64,000 nt of DNA from Leucoraja ocellata (Eukaryota). Shown in pieces: positions 13,032-24,860 of the stretch. The translations under genes were made by a program, and so were the position numbers. Position 1 is the stretch's first letter; each line of letters starts with the position of its first letter. The notes under the pieces were generated by a model. It had not been told where the DNA came from, did not search any database, and saw only the letters and a list, made by a program, of their open reading frames with translations. The DNA is taken from contig JAWMAR010000252.1 of assembly GCA_036785375.1 (NCBI GenBank), forward strand, positions 2,666,001 to 2,730,000, read 5' to 3'.

Positions 13032-14635
13032 CAGTGCCCTACATAATGTTTGGGACAAAGACCCATCATTTATTTATTTGCCTCTGTACTCCACAATTTA
13101 AAATTTGTAATAGAAAAAAAATCACATGTGGTTAAAGTGCCCTTTGTCAGATTTTATTGCTGCTTGAAGTTTGCGATTCATGGACATCACCAGTTGCTGG
13201 TTTTCTTCTCTGGTGATGCTCTGCCAGGCCTGTATTGCAGCCATCTTTAGCTTGATTGTATTGGGGGCTAGTCCCCTTCAGTTTTCTCTTAATCATATAA
13301 AAGGCATGCCCAATTATGTTCAGATCGGGTGATTGACTTGGCCACTCACAAATTGACAATTTTTTAGCTTTGAAAAACTCCTTTGTTGCTTTTCAGATTC
13401 AGATTCAGATTCAGATTCAATTTTAATTGTCATTGTCAGTGTACAGTACAGAGACAACGAAATGCATTGCAGAGACAACGAAATGCTTTTGCTTTGGGAT
13501 CATTGTCTTGCTGTACAATGAACCAGCGGCCAATGCGTTTTGAAGCGTTTGTTTGAACTTGAGCAGATAGGGTGTGTTGAAACACTTCAAAATTCATTAT
13601 GCTACTACCATCAGCAGTTGTACCATCAGCAGTTGTATCATCAATGATAAGTGAGCCAGTACCATTAGCAGCCATACATTCCCAGGCCATAACACCCACA
13701 CCACTGTGTTTCACAGATTAGGTGGTATGTTTTGGATCTTGGGCAGTTCTTTTCTCTCCTCCATACTTTGCTCTTGCCATCACTCTGATATAAGTTAATC
13801 GTCATCAAGACACGGTTCACAAGACCTTTTTTTTCCCCAGAACTGTGGTTTCTCTTTTAAGTGCTTTTGGCAAAATGTAACCTGGCCATCCTATTTTTGC
13901 TCTAGCCAGTGGTTTGCATCTTGCAGTGTAGCCTTTGTACTTTTGCTGAAGAAGTCTTCTCCGGATAGTGGTCATTGACAAATCCACACTTGACTCCTGA
14001 AAGGTGTTTTTGATCTGTCGGACAGGTGTTTGGGGATTTTTCTTTATTATAATGAGAATTCTTCTGTCATTTATCAGCTATGGAGGTCTTCCTTGCCTGC
14101 CGGTCCCTTTGCGATTAGTATGCTCACCAGTGCTCTCTTTCTTCTTAATGATGTTGCAAACAGTTGATTTTGGTAAGCCTAAGATTTGACTGATGTCCCT
14201 AACAGTTTTATTCTTGTTTCTCAGTCTCATAATGGCTTCTTTGACTTTCATTGGCACAACTTTGGTCCTCATGTTGATAAACAGCAATAAAAGTTTCCAA
14301 AGGTAATGGAAAGACTGGAGGAAAGACTATGTACTGGGAACTCTCTTATACCTGCATTAAGGAGGCATTTAACACACCTGAGCAATTGCAAACACCTGTG
14401 AAACCATGTGTCCCTTACATTATGGTGCCCTGAAATGGGGGGACTATGTATAAACACAGCTGTAATTTCTACATGGTGAAACCAAAATGTATAAAAATGC
14501 TTTATACAACAATAAAATCTGACAATGTGCACTTGAACCACATGTGATTTTTTCTAGTAGAAATCTCAATTTGTGGAGTATAGAGGCAAATAAATAAATG
14601 ATGGGTCTTTGTCCCAACCATTATGGAGGGCACTG
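13032..14635 (-). mobile_element. Tc1/mariner transposon, defective (copy 1)
   Basis: TA-CAGTGCCCT...AGGGCACTG-TA termini; transposase motifs KHSGVGVMAW, QQDNDPK, WPSQSPDLN and an N-terminal HTH on the minus strand; frameshifts and a deletion in the left TIR. Confidence 0.92.
13393..13488 (-). mobile_element. Very short LINE 3' tail (Rex1/Babar-like, (TGAATC)n) inserted in Tc1
   Basis: (tcagat)n + ttttaattgtcattgtcagtgtacagtacagagacaacgaaatgc; same sequence as 48993-49053. Confidence 0.75.
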
Positions 14636-14828
14636 TAGCTCCTGTGGATAAACTTTACACATGTGAGTGTGAAATGCATAATTGAAACTGTATTCACCCC
14701 GCTTGCATGAAACATGTTTACCTGCAACACATTATAACAGCCCTTGCATGCAAAGTAACAGGGATAAAGGGAAAACAAATACGCATATTTCAAGTCCAAG
14801 GCATTTAAAACAGAATAAAGGTTAATGT

Positions 14829-15027
14829 TTAAGAAGGAACTGAGATGTTGGAAAATCGAAAATGGACAAAAATGCTGGAGAAACTCAGCGGGTGAGGCAG
14901 CATCTATCGTAATACCTTGAGGAGATTTCACCGTCTGAAGAAGGGTTTCGGCCCGAAACGTTGTCTATTTCCTTCTCTCCATAGATGCTGCCTCACTCGC
15001 TGAGTTTCTCCAGCATATTTGTCGTCC
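14829..15027. mobile_element. Short Penelope-derived inverted-repeat element with hammerhead-like core
   Basis: 12-bp flanking direct repeat AAAGGTTAATGT (14817-14828 / 15028-15039); inverted arms gctggagaaactcagcgggtgaggcagcatctat / atagatgctgcctcactcgctgagtttctccagc; CTGAAGA-AGGG..CCC-GAAAC at 14935-14959. Confidence 0.75.
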
Positions 15028-15924
15028 AAAGGTTAATGTATTTTCTTGTGATAAAGATTATTTTTGTGTTACTGAGTTGGACATGGTGTGCTTGGCTGAA
15101 AGGATATGCTTATGAACTGTTTTCTTGCTGAACATTCAGGTAACCAGACTGACTAATGTTAAATATTCACCTAATTAATATTTATAATGGCGAGGAGACA
15201 TTTTGGATGATGTTCTGTCTAGGTAGATACTTAACAAGGACTACTAATGCAGCAGGGGAGGAATGGAGTGTGTGAATATTTGTCGCCTTATAAATCAGAA
15301 GAATGAACAAAGCAAGTCAGGAGTGCGTCATTGTCTTATGTACTGACAAAGGAACAATGAAATTCTTACTCGCTGTATCCTAACAAGCCCATTAACTCAA
15401 TAGCATATGAATAAATATAAAATAAGCAATAACACAATATGTGCATAATTAATAACACAAGCCAACCATAATGGTGTAAAACTGAAGTCCATAGTGCAAC
15501 CAAAAGCAAAGTCCGCAGAAGATCAGAGCTTCTGAGGTAGTGATTAGTGTAAAAGCCTGATGGTTACTGCCCTAGAACCTGATTATCACTATTTTCCGGC
15601 TCCTGATGGTAACAGTGAAATGAGAGTGTGGCCAGAGTGATCAACAGTCAATTTCATTCCTCGTCTGTTGTTTTTTCTGCTTTGCTTCATTGTTAACGCC
15701 CTGTCAATAATATTATAGAGCCTTAATAGTTCATTCATGCGGACACTTCAGTGCACAACTGAGGGAGTGTTGCACTGTCAGAGATTCTGTCTTTTGGATG
15801 TATATTAAATAAAGACACCTTGATAGTTGCCTGCCATATTATTGATTTTGCCTACGATGACAAACCTTGTAAGTGCTTAACTGACTGCAAAACATTTTGA
15901 GTTATCCTGAGATCATGGAAGGCA

Positions 15925-16057
15925 CTTCTTGTGTGTGGCGTGCACAGCCTAAAGTTGTAGGACAACTTGTTCTATTTGATCTTTTGTTTGCGCACTTCGG
16001 GTTGATTGCAATAGTCGAAACAGGGTGGACCACGTGAAGGTTGCAATCTCCCACCCC
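15925..16057 (-). mobile_element. ~135-bp SINE-like retroposon with GAA tail (RTE-type), copy 1 of 3
   Basis: TSD ATG(G/A)AAGGCA; homologous to 42822-43017(+) and 44321-44466(-). Confidence 0.75.
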
Positions 16058-16437
16058 ATGAAAGGCAGTATGTGAGTGTAAATTTTCTACTTCCCACTGG
16101 TTTCCCTTTCTTTTCCATTTACTTCAATTGAAAAAATATCAGAGTGGTTCCCTCTTCATCATCTCCTGATTAAGGTCCGTTTCAATCTGGCACAAAGAAA
16201 GAATACAACATCCTTAGCCCAAAGTTTTCCACAGAGAAAGGCAGAAGTTCTCAGTCGAATCAAGGTGGAAATCAGGTTGAACCTGGGCAGATGGATAGTG
16301 ACTTTAATGGTGTATAATTCCAAATGAATTCCAGGTAATTGTAATACTGCGTTAGGAACAGCTTATGAAAACTCAAGGTAAATTAGTATTCAAACTCTTC
16401 TTGGAAAAATAGAGTAAAATAAGAACATATCTTAGGT

Positions 16438-17915
16438 AGACAAAAATGCTGGAGAAACTCAGTGGATGAGGCAGCATCTATGGAGCGAAGGAATAGGTGA
16501 CGTTTCTGGTCGAGACCCTTCTACAGACTGATGTGGGGGGGGGGGGGGAGGAAGCAGAAAGGAAGTGGCTGTGACAGCAGGCTGTGGGTGAGCTGGAAAG
16601 GTGAGGGGAAGGGAGGAGAAAGCAAGGACTACCTGAAATTGGAGGTCAATGTTCATATCGTTTGGGTTTAAACTACCCAAGCAAAATATGAGGTGCTGTT
16701 CCTCCAATTTATGGTGGGCCTCACTCTGGCCATGGAGGAGGCCCAGGACAGAAAGGTTGGATTTCGGAATGGGAGGGGGAGTTGAAGTGCTGAGCTACCA
16801 GGAAATCAGGTTGGTTAATGCGAACTGAGCGGAGGTGTTGGGCGAAGCGATTGCCAAACCCGATGTAAAGCAGCTGACACCTAGAACAGCGGACGCAATA
16901 GATGAGGTTGGAGGAGGTGCAGGTGAACCTCTGCCTCACCTGGAAAGACTGCTTGGGTCCTTGGAATCAAGGGGGGAGGTAAAGCGACATGTGTGGCATT
17001 TCCTGCGGTTGCAAGGGAAAGTACCAAGGGAGGGGGTGCTTTGGGTGGGAGGGGACGAATTGACAAAGGAGTTACGGAGAGAGTGGTCTCTGCGGAAAGC
17101 CAAAAGGGGAGGAGATGGGAAGATGTGGCCAGTGGTGGGGTCACGTTGGAGGTGATGAAAATGTTGGAGGATTATCTGTTGTATGTGATGGCTGGTAGGG
17201 TGGAAGGTGAGGACAAGGGGGACTCTGTCCTTGTTATGAGTGTGGGGGATGGGGAGTGAGAGTGGAGCTACAGGGTATAGAAGAGACCCTGGTGAGAGCC
17301 TCATCTGTAGTCGAAGAGGGGAACCCCGTTCCCTAAAGAATGAGAACATCTCCGATGCCCTGGTGCAGATGCAGCATAGACGGAGGAATTGGGAGCAGGG
17401 GATAGAGTCCTTACAGGAGCAGGGTGGGAAGAAGTGTGATCCAAATAGCCATGGGAGTCAGTGGTCAGTCTCAGTAGTCGGTCAGATGTCGGTCAGTAGT
17501 CTGTCACCTGTAATGGAGATAGTGAGGTCTAGAAACGGTAGGGAGATGTCGTAAATGGTCCAGGTGATTTTGAGTGCTGGATGGAAGTTAGTGGTGAAAT
17601 GGATGAAGTCAGTAAATTCTGCATGGGTGCAGGAGGTAGCATCAACGCAGTCGTCAATATAGCGGAGGTAGAGTTCGGGGATAGGGCCACGGTACACCTC
17701 GAACAAGGATTGTTCGACGTACCCTATAAAGAGGCAGGCATAGCTAGGGCTTCCTTTCTTCTTCCTGCCCGCCCCTCCCCCCACATCAATCTGAAGAAGG
17801 ATCTCGACCCGAAACGTCATCTATTCCTTCGCCCCATAGATGCTGCCTCACCCGCTTAGTTTCTCCAGCATTTTTGTCTACCTTCGATTTTTCCAGCATC
17901 TGCAGTTCTTTCTTA
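16438..17915 (-). mobile_element. Penelope-like retroelement (RT C-terminal part + GIY-YIG endonuclease) with inverted terminal repeats
   Basis: RT SPSYACLF...YLRYIDD...FHPALK.TW; GIY-YIG NLIYCVRC..CQLLYIG..NRF.QH; inverted pLTR-like ends; 14-bp direct repeat AACATATCTTAGGT at 16424-16437 / 17916-17929. Confidence 0.9.
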
Positions 17916-18064
17916 AACATATCTTAGGTCATCGCTTTACAATCTTTCTGTATTGTATTAGGAATACATATAAAATTGCTTGTTAAAATTGTTGCCTTGC
18001 TTCATTGAATTATTTTTTGACTTTTTTGTTGAAATAGAACAAATACATCTCTTTTTTTTCCTAG

Positions 18065-18126
18065 GTTACATTGCTCTCCTTTGTAGTTGAAACAGAGAGC
18101 ACTTTCCTTGACTACATCAGAGGAGG
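18065..18126 (+). CDS. CPNE8: Copine-8 exon (VTLLSFVVETESTFLDYIRGG)
   Basis: Poly-T tract + ctag acceptor, gtgagt donor; in frame with the previous exon. Confidence 0.94.
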
Positions 18127-18609
18127 GTGAGTGCTTCTGTTTTTCTGTTTAGATCTGGCATTAAGTGCACGTCTTAAATGTAAAACATGATCATAGTTTT
18201 TGTTTAAATTAGGATAATCCATGAATATCAGATTAATGCCAGTATCAATCATGAATGATCCAACCATTATAAGTTAATCATCCAATTGACCAAATTTACA
18301 TGCCAAGCTTCATCATCTGCCCCTCTCCCTCCTGACTGGCGCATGTCGATTCTGAATTTTGATCAACTGGTGCTTAAACAAGTCAGATGTGAACTTACCC
18401 AATAACAACTGGATCAATAACAAGAGTACTCTGGGATGCAGACCATCAGGCCCAAGTGATTTATCTGCCTTCAGTCCCAACAGTTTACCTAACACCATTT
18501 CCTGGCTAACCTGGATTCCCTTCAGTTCCTCCCTCCTGCTAGATCTTCCCAAGTATTTCTGGGAGATTGTTTGTGTCTTCCTTAGAAGACAGAACCAAAG
18601 TACTTATTC

Positions 18610-19175
18610 CTTTTGGGTAACACATTTTTCGGAGTCGGATAAAGGGTTGGCGGAGCTGCAGGGGGCTGCGACTCGTGAATGAGTGCGCTGCCGCAGGGTG
18701 CAATAAATCCCGGGTTCAGCAATGCCTGTTGCCCTCGCCGTTTAACGTGGGCCTCCGAGAGGAATCGAACGGTACTGGAATGGTCGCTGGGGGACCGAGA
18801 TACCAGCCTCGGAAGTCGGCTCTGGGGACAGATCAGCTGGCTTCGGCGGGGCTGGAGTTCCAGAGCCCCGGCCACAGGGGGAAAATTCAACCCACCAATG
18901 GCAGGGTATCCGGAGATTTAGGAACAATTTTTTTTTCAAGTGGCATTGCCGGTCTCGGAGGCGCAGTCCAGCTGGGGCAGAGGACCGGGTGGGTCAAATA
19001 AGTGCCGGAATGGCAACGGTCGGCAGCTCACAACGCTGAAACATGAGCTGCGGAAACGCGAGCCCACATCAAGATCGGCGACTTCACACGGCCTAGGCAC
19101 CATATTATTAGCGGGACATCTGATCGTAATTTTGTCCAGACTAAATCGGTGGTGTACCTGTACTATGTTAATCCA
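18610..19175. repeat. Unclassified GC/CpG-rich insertion next to a CR1 fragment (18424-18605)
   Basis: Abrupt switch to high GC/CpG inside an AT-rich intron; no convincing ORF or TIR. Confidence 0.4.
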
Positions 19176-21411
19176 GTTTTTCTTTGTGTAAATGGTTGCC
19201 TAGTGCATGTTTTGAATATTTTCTGATTATAAAGTATATTTTACTTTATTTGCCTTTTATGTTTTTTAGATTTATTGTGCTTCGCAAGTTTTGTGTTGTA
19301 TTCCTTTTGCTATGTCTTTTATTTGTCTTTTCATCATGACTTCCCATTGGACTTGGTTGCGCAATTGCCCGGTATATGGACATGACCACTGGTAGTTGAA
19401 ATAGTTATTAAATTGAATGGTTATTGTGGAATAATGTCACCTCCAACCAAGAATTACATTTTTACCAATATTTTTGCCATAATTATACTTTATAGGAAAA
19501 GTATCGGATTAAAATTACCATTAAAATCTTCGTGATTTAAGGAGAAAGTAACATAATTAATCTGGCATGATTTCAAAACCTATTTGATTTCTGATATTAC
19601 TTGGTCTTTTGTTGTTGTTCTTCTCTGACCTATGAGCCAACACTAATAACATGAGGGATTTAGACCGTGAATGTGACATTTTCATGCTTGCCCTCCAGGT
19701 AATTTACTCGGATTTAATGCTTTAAGGCTTAAATCTCATATGGTTTCAGCGCAAGCTGGCCAGAAACCAGCACTGCAACAACTACACATAAGGAACAGCG
19801 GCACAAGAAGCAAATGAGTTGCTGAACATTAAGGATTTTTTTTTCCCAACAATCAATCTGGGCTTAGCACTGCATATAAAATTATTCTTTCATGAATATG
19901 GAGGAACAGCACATGGAATATGCCACTGACTGCATTGCACGTGGGCTGATGGCCAATTCGCATACAACAGAACTCTCGTGATTTTTCTTACTGTTAAATC
20001 CTCAAACAAAATTGGCCATAATTTGAATCAAGATGGTCATTCATTGTTAAATTATTGTATGCATATAGATTTGCTCAATGTGATTATCTGTCGTTCCAGA
20101 ATATTTTCTGATCTCATTTCAGGATTTTCTCCTGACGTCTGTGGGAAGTTCAGCCATGTCTTTTTTTATTTCCCCCTACAATTGTTTTCATATTTATCGT
20201 GCCCTTTTTTTCAAACTCACAGGCTCAAATTTGTCTCCTTTCCATGTTTTGTTAGTGCACTTTTTGTTTAGTTTAGAGATACAGCGCGGAAACAGGCCCT
20301 TCGGCCCACCGAGTCTGCACCGACCAGCACATTAACGCTATCCTACATACACTAGGGACAATTTGACACTTATACCAATCCAATTAACCTACAAACTTGT
20401 ACGTCTTTAGAGTGTAGGAGGAAACCGACGATCTCGGGAAAAACGTCGGAGAGAGCGTACAAGCTGCAGACACCCCCCCGTAGTCGGGATCGAACCCAGG
20501 TGTCCGGCGGTGAAAACTCTGTAAGGCAGCAACTCTGCCGCACTTGCCAGGATGAAGCAGGGAATGGCTGTGACATGCCCTGGAGCTCACATGACATGTA
20601 CTCTGCCTGGCTTCCTCTGTGAATACATGAAAAATGTTTTAAAGATGTCTTAATGCATGCAGCTATTCAATAACAGAAGGCTTTCAAGGCTTTTATCTTT
20701 GGTTTAACGCCATCACGCTGAGTGTTGCTATTTCCCACCTCATACAAAATAGATTAGTTTCTGCAATTTTGTCATTTGTATTCCATTTAAAATTCTGACA
20801 GAAAAGCCTGTAAACAGCAGGAGAATGTGGGCAACTGTTGGAGAGGCTTTTAAGGATTTGCCACCCAAATAAGTTCAAATTATATCGATGAGCAATTGTA
20901 CATGGATAGAAACAAAAGGCCCGCAGACAGGTTTTACACACAAGAGATAAATTTGTGCTCTTATATTATTATGTTGCTTTTATTTTAAACAACAAAGATG
21001 CTGGCAGAAACAACTAATTCCTCATTTTATCGCGCTATTGTGATTTGGTTTTTTTTTTTATCATTATTCAGTGAAATATGAGATTTTCTACATATTTCTC
21101 ACATTATACAAGGTAACAGTTACACCATCTGGTAAAAGTCTAATAATAACATGAAAAATATCACTGAATAATATCAAATGCTGATTACTTTGTTTAGCTT
21201 AAACTATAGAGGTGTGTTTAAAGAATTTATCAAAGTGTTCTTGATAAGTCAAGGGTTATCAGTCCATTAGTTTTTTTTTAAATGTGAATATTATTCATTT
21301 TATTCCTTCACAATTTGTATTATAAAGGTCGCTTAATGAAAAAATGGTTTACTGGGCAATTTTAGCGTAAGAATTTTAATATAATTTAAGAAATGTTTGC
21401 TTTTTTTTTAG

Positions 21412-21458
21412 GACACAAATCAACTTTACAGTGGCCATAGATTTTACTGCATCCAATG
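21412..21458 (+). CDS. CPNE8: Copine-8 exon (TQINFTVAIDFTASN, start of vWA domain, DFTAS MIDAS-like motif)
   Basis: ttttag acceptor, gtaagt donor; phase 2/1 fits neighbouring exons. Confidence 0.95.
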
Positions 21459-21989
21459 GTAAGTCAGATGATCCTGATATTCACTGAATAGTTTTTCTAT
21501 TTAAAAATAAATCGGTCAATTACATATTAGAAAGGTTTATTCTTTAACCTCACCGGCAATGTTGCAATACGCCGACAATGCATGATTAATGTAGTATGAT
21601 AGAAATTATTGTTATTTCAAAAATGATCTAAGCATTTGGTACCAGAGAAGGAATCGTTTTATTGTGGCATTCATTTGCAGTAATGTGATTTTTCTGTTGA
21701 AAGACAATTATTTCTTCAAATATCCCTAAGAGGTAAAAATAGACCGGAGACAACCACTCTGATTATCGCCTAAAAGATTGTAGTTGGAAAGGAATACTTT
21801 GTTGGAGTACGGAGGTGGTGAGAAATGTGTGAAACCCAGGTGCTAAGGTAGTTGTTAATGAGCATGAAGAACCCATAGTTAGATTAGTTTATTTACACGT
21901 GCCGAGTTACAGTGAAAAGCATTTGTTGCATGTTGACCAGTCATCTGCCCCTGCAGTACTTCACATGAATGAAGATCCTGGCAAACTAA

Positions 21990-23160
21990 ATATCACTCAT
22001 GTGCCTGTGCGTCGATGAACCACCAACACATAGATGTTGCGGAGATGGAGTTGGGGATTAGTGCAGGGGTACAAACCTACAACACAATGCTGAGGTCCAT
22101 GTGAGTGCCCATGGCTACTACTTTGAATTGAAGAAAGTGAAAGGAGTCAAAAGAGAAGTTATTAAGAGTGAGGACAGGGTGGAGCAGTGTGCTAATAGAG
22201 GGGAACTGATTGGATCTCTCTTCAAGGAGAAGAAGCCTTCTGGATGTGGAATGGATGTGTAAAAGGTCTGGAGATCCATGGTAAAAATGAGGTGATGAGG
22301 CCAACGAATTAAAAGTCATTAAAGTGTTGTGGCGTGTGAGGTTGTTTCCTTTAGTTTGGCTTTGTCTTTAGTTTGTGGAAATGGGCCCTCTGGACCACTG
22401 AGTCCACATCGGCCAGCAACCACCAGTGCACTAGTTCTATCTTATACACTGGGAACAATTTACAGAAGCCAATTAACCTACACATCTTTGGAATGTGGGA
22501 GGCAACCAGAGCACCCGGAAAAAATCCACCGGTCACAGGGATAACGTACAAACTCCGTACAGACAGCACCCGAGGTCTCATGCGCTGTGAGATAGTAACT
22601 CTACTGCTGTGCCACCATGCCACCCACCTAGGTATTTCAGATATCAGCTGCAAGGCACTGGTTAAGGGGGGATAAGATAGAATCAGGGTATTTGGAGGCA
22701 TTAGGTGGGGCAGGAACAGGCAGAGATAAAGGGTCTGTAAGGGTGTTTTGCTTGAGGATTTTGTGAAGGAGATAGAAACAGGCTGTGCAACTTTGGAGAA
22801 CTACAAGGTTGGAGGCTTTGGAGGGTAGATCGATGGATGCCATGAGATTGGTCACAGTTTGAGAGCTGATGGTTTGGCTTTGATCTATGGGCTCATGTTC
22901 AAGGGATAGTTTTGAGGAGGTACCCAAGGGCTGGCTTCAGCACAGTAGAGGTCAGCCTGCCAGGCTACAAGTGTACATTCCTGGTCAGCGGGTATGATGA
23001 CAATATTAGGATTGTTACTGGGTGAGTGGATAGCTGAGCATACGGTGAGGGTGAGATTGGAATAAATAAGGGGAAAGAAGATATCAAAATGGTTGATGTC
23101 GGCCAGGAGTTAGAAATGAAAAGGTTCAGAGTGGATAGAAGACTGGCAAGGGGAGTCAAT
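21990..23160 (-). mobile_element. Decayed Penelope-like RT fragment (interrupted by a SINE)
   Basis: VLTLNNFSFDS.HFLQ.KVVAMGTHM RT motif on the minus strand. Confidence 0.7.
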
Positions 23161-23437
23161 GAGTAGGAGGAATGTTGGGGAATGGAGACGGGTGCGCCAT
23201 TGGGGGTTGTGGACTCATGGAGTCATACAGCATGGAAACAGGCCCTCTGACCCAACTTGCCCATGCGACTGACATACCCCATCTACACTTGTCCCACCTG
23301 CCTGCGTTTGGCTCATATCCCCCTAAACCAGTCCTACCTGATACCTTACCAGAGAAATAAGCCTGGATTGGGGCTGGGTTCTGACACGGTTTGAGGAAGG
23401 CAGAGTGGGGTTGGGTCTCTGGGGAGGTACCGTAAGT

Positions 23438-24195
23438 AGGTATGTTGCAAAACCTACCTGAATCGTCATTGAGAATCTGCCCCAGCCCGTGTGTGTGATT
23501 TTGGCGCTGTGTAGAGGGGGCGGGTTTAAAACGCGATTTTTACTAGGCTGTTGCAATCGAAAATGTTCAGCCTAGTAAATCATTAACGAAAAATTGCTGA
23601 AAGACCCCGTCGCAAAAGGTATTATTCGTTTTTATGGCCTTGTATAATAGTTATAGTAGTTTAAAAATCACTCTCTAAACCCGCGACCTCTCGCAGCCCC
23701 AGGGTTTTATAAAGCAAACAATTAAAGGTATGTACCTTATTTTTACATTAAAAAGGGCTTCTTTAGAACCCTTTATGCAAAGTTACTATTGCGAGTAGCT
23801 AATTTTGGGCTCTTTATATCCCGCAGTATTTTTCTGGGCATTTGAGGGCACTAATCTAGCGCAATGTGAACGTTCTAAACCAGCGCGTTCACAGGAACCC
23901 ACTAGAAAACGTAGAATGGTTCAATCTACGATAACTGAAAATTTCATTCAGTTCTCTTAATTTTTAAGAAGGTTATGGCCTTTTGACAGCACACGATCAC
24001 AGCTTTTTTGTTATGTCCATAGAAAATCAATAGGGAACAAGATGCTAATTTCCGAGTATGAAAATGGCCATAACTTTTTAAATACTTGAGATATGAAAGT
24101 GAATTAGGTGTCAAATTAAACTTCTTTTTATGCTTTATCTGGTGGAATAAATTACAGACTTGATTTTTTTAATCTCAAAATTTTGTAACATTGCT
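23438..24195. mobile_element. Non-autonomous DNA transposon with 9-bp TSD (Merlin/MULE-like)
   Basis: TSD ACCGTAAGT at 23429-23437 / 24196-24204; imperfect TIRs AGGTATGTTGCAAAA vs (reverse complement) AGCAATGTTACAAAA. Confidence 0.7.
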
Positions 24196-24249
24196 ACCGT
24201 AAGTTGAGGATGGGGGCTCAGAGGAGAGATGGGTGTGCAGGGTGGTGTA

Positions 24250-24860
24250 GGAGGTCAAACGTAAGGCGCAGGTATATAGTTGGCAGGATCTTTAACAATA
24301 CTGATGTTCAGAGGGATCCATAACTCCCTGAAAGTAACAACGCAAGTAGGTAACGTGGTAAAGAAGGCGTAAGATTCTTCAGTCGGAACATTGAGTATAA
24401 GAGTAGGGAAGTCACGTCGCAGCTTTATTGAATTTTGTTTAGGCTTATTTTTGAGTTCCATGTTCAGTTCTGGTCACCCTATTCCAGGAAGGGAGTAAAG
24501 GCTTTAGAGAGTGTGCAGTTGATCAGGATGCTGTCTGGATTCGAGGGTATTAACTACAAGGAGAGGTTGGACAATCTTGGATTGTTTTCTCTAGAACGTC
24601 GAAGGCTGAGGGAAGACCTGATGGAAGTTTATTAAATGATGAGAGGCAAAGATAGGGTAAACAGTAAGAACCTTTATTCCAGGGTGGAAATCAAAGACCA
24701 GAGGGCATAGCTTTAAAGTGAGAGAGAGAAAGTTTAAGGGAGATGCACTGGGCATAATATTTTACACATATAGCAATGGCTGCTTGGTATGCGCTGCCAG
24801 AGGTGCTGAAGGTGGTGGTAAATAATACTGTTCAAGAGGCTTTTAGATATGTAGTAAAGA
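24250..24860 (+). mobile_element. Decayed CR1 RT 3' fragment
   Basis: VQFWSPY...YKERLDNLGLFSLERRRLREDL. Further decayed CR1 pieces at 27090-27900(+), 30150-31230(-), 33690-33990(+), 40880-41740(+), 58935-60130(+). Confidence 0.8.
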
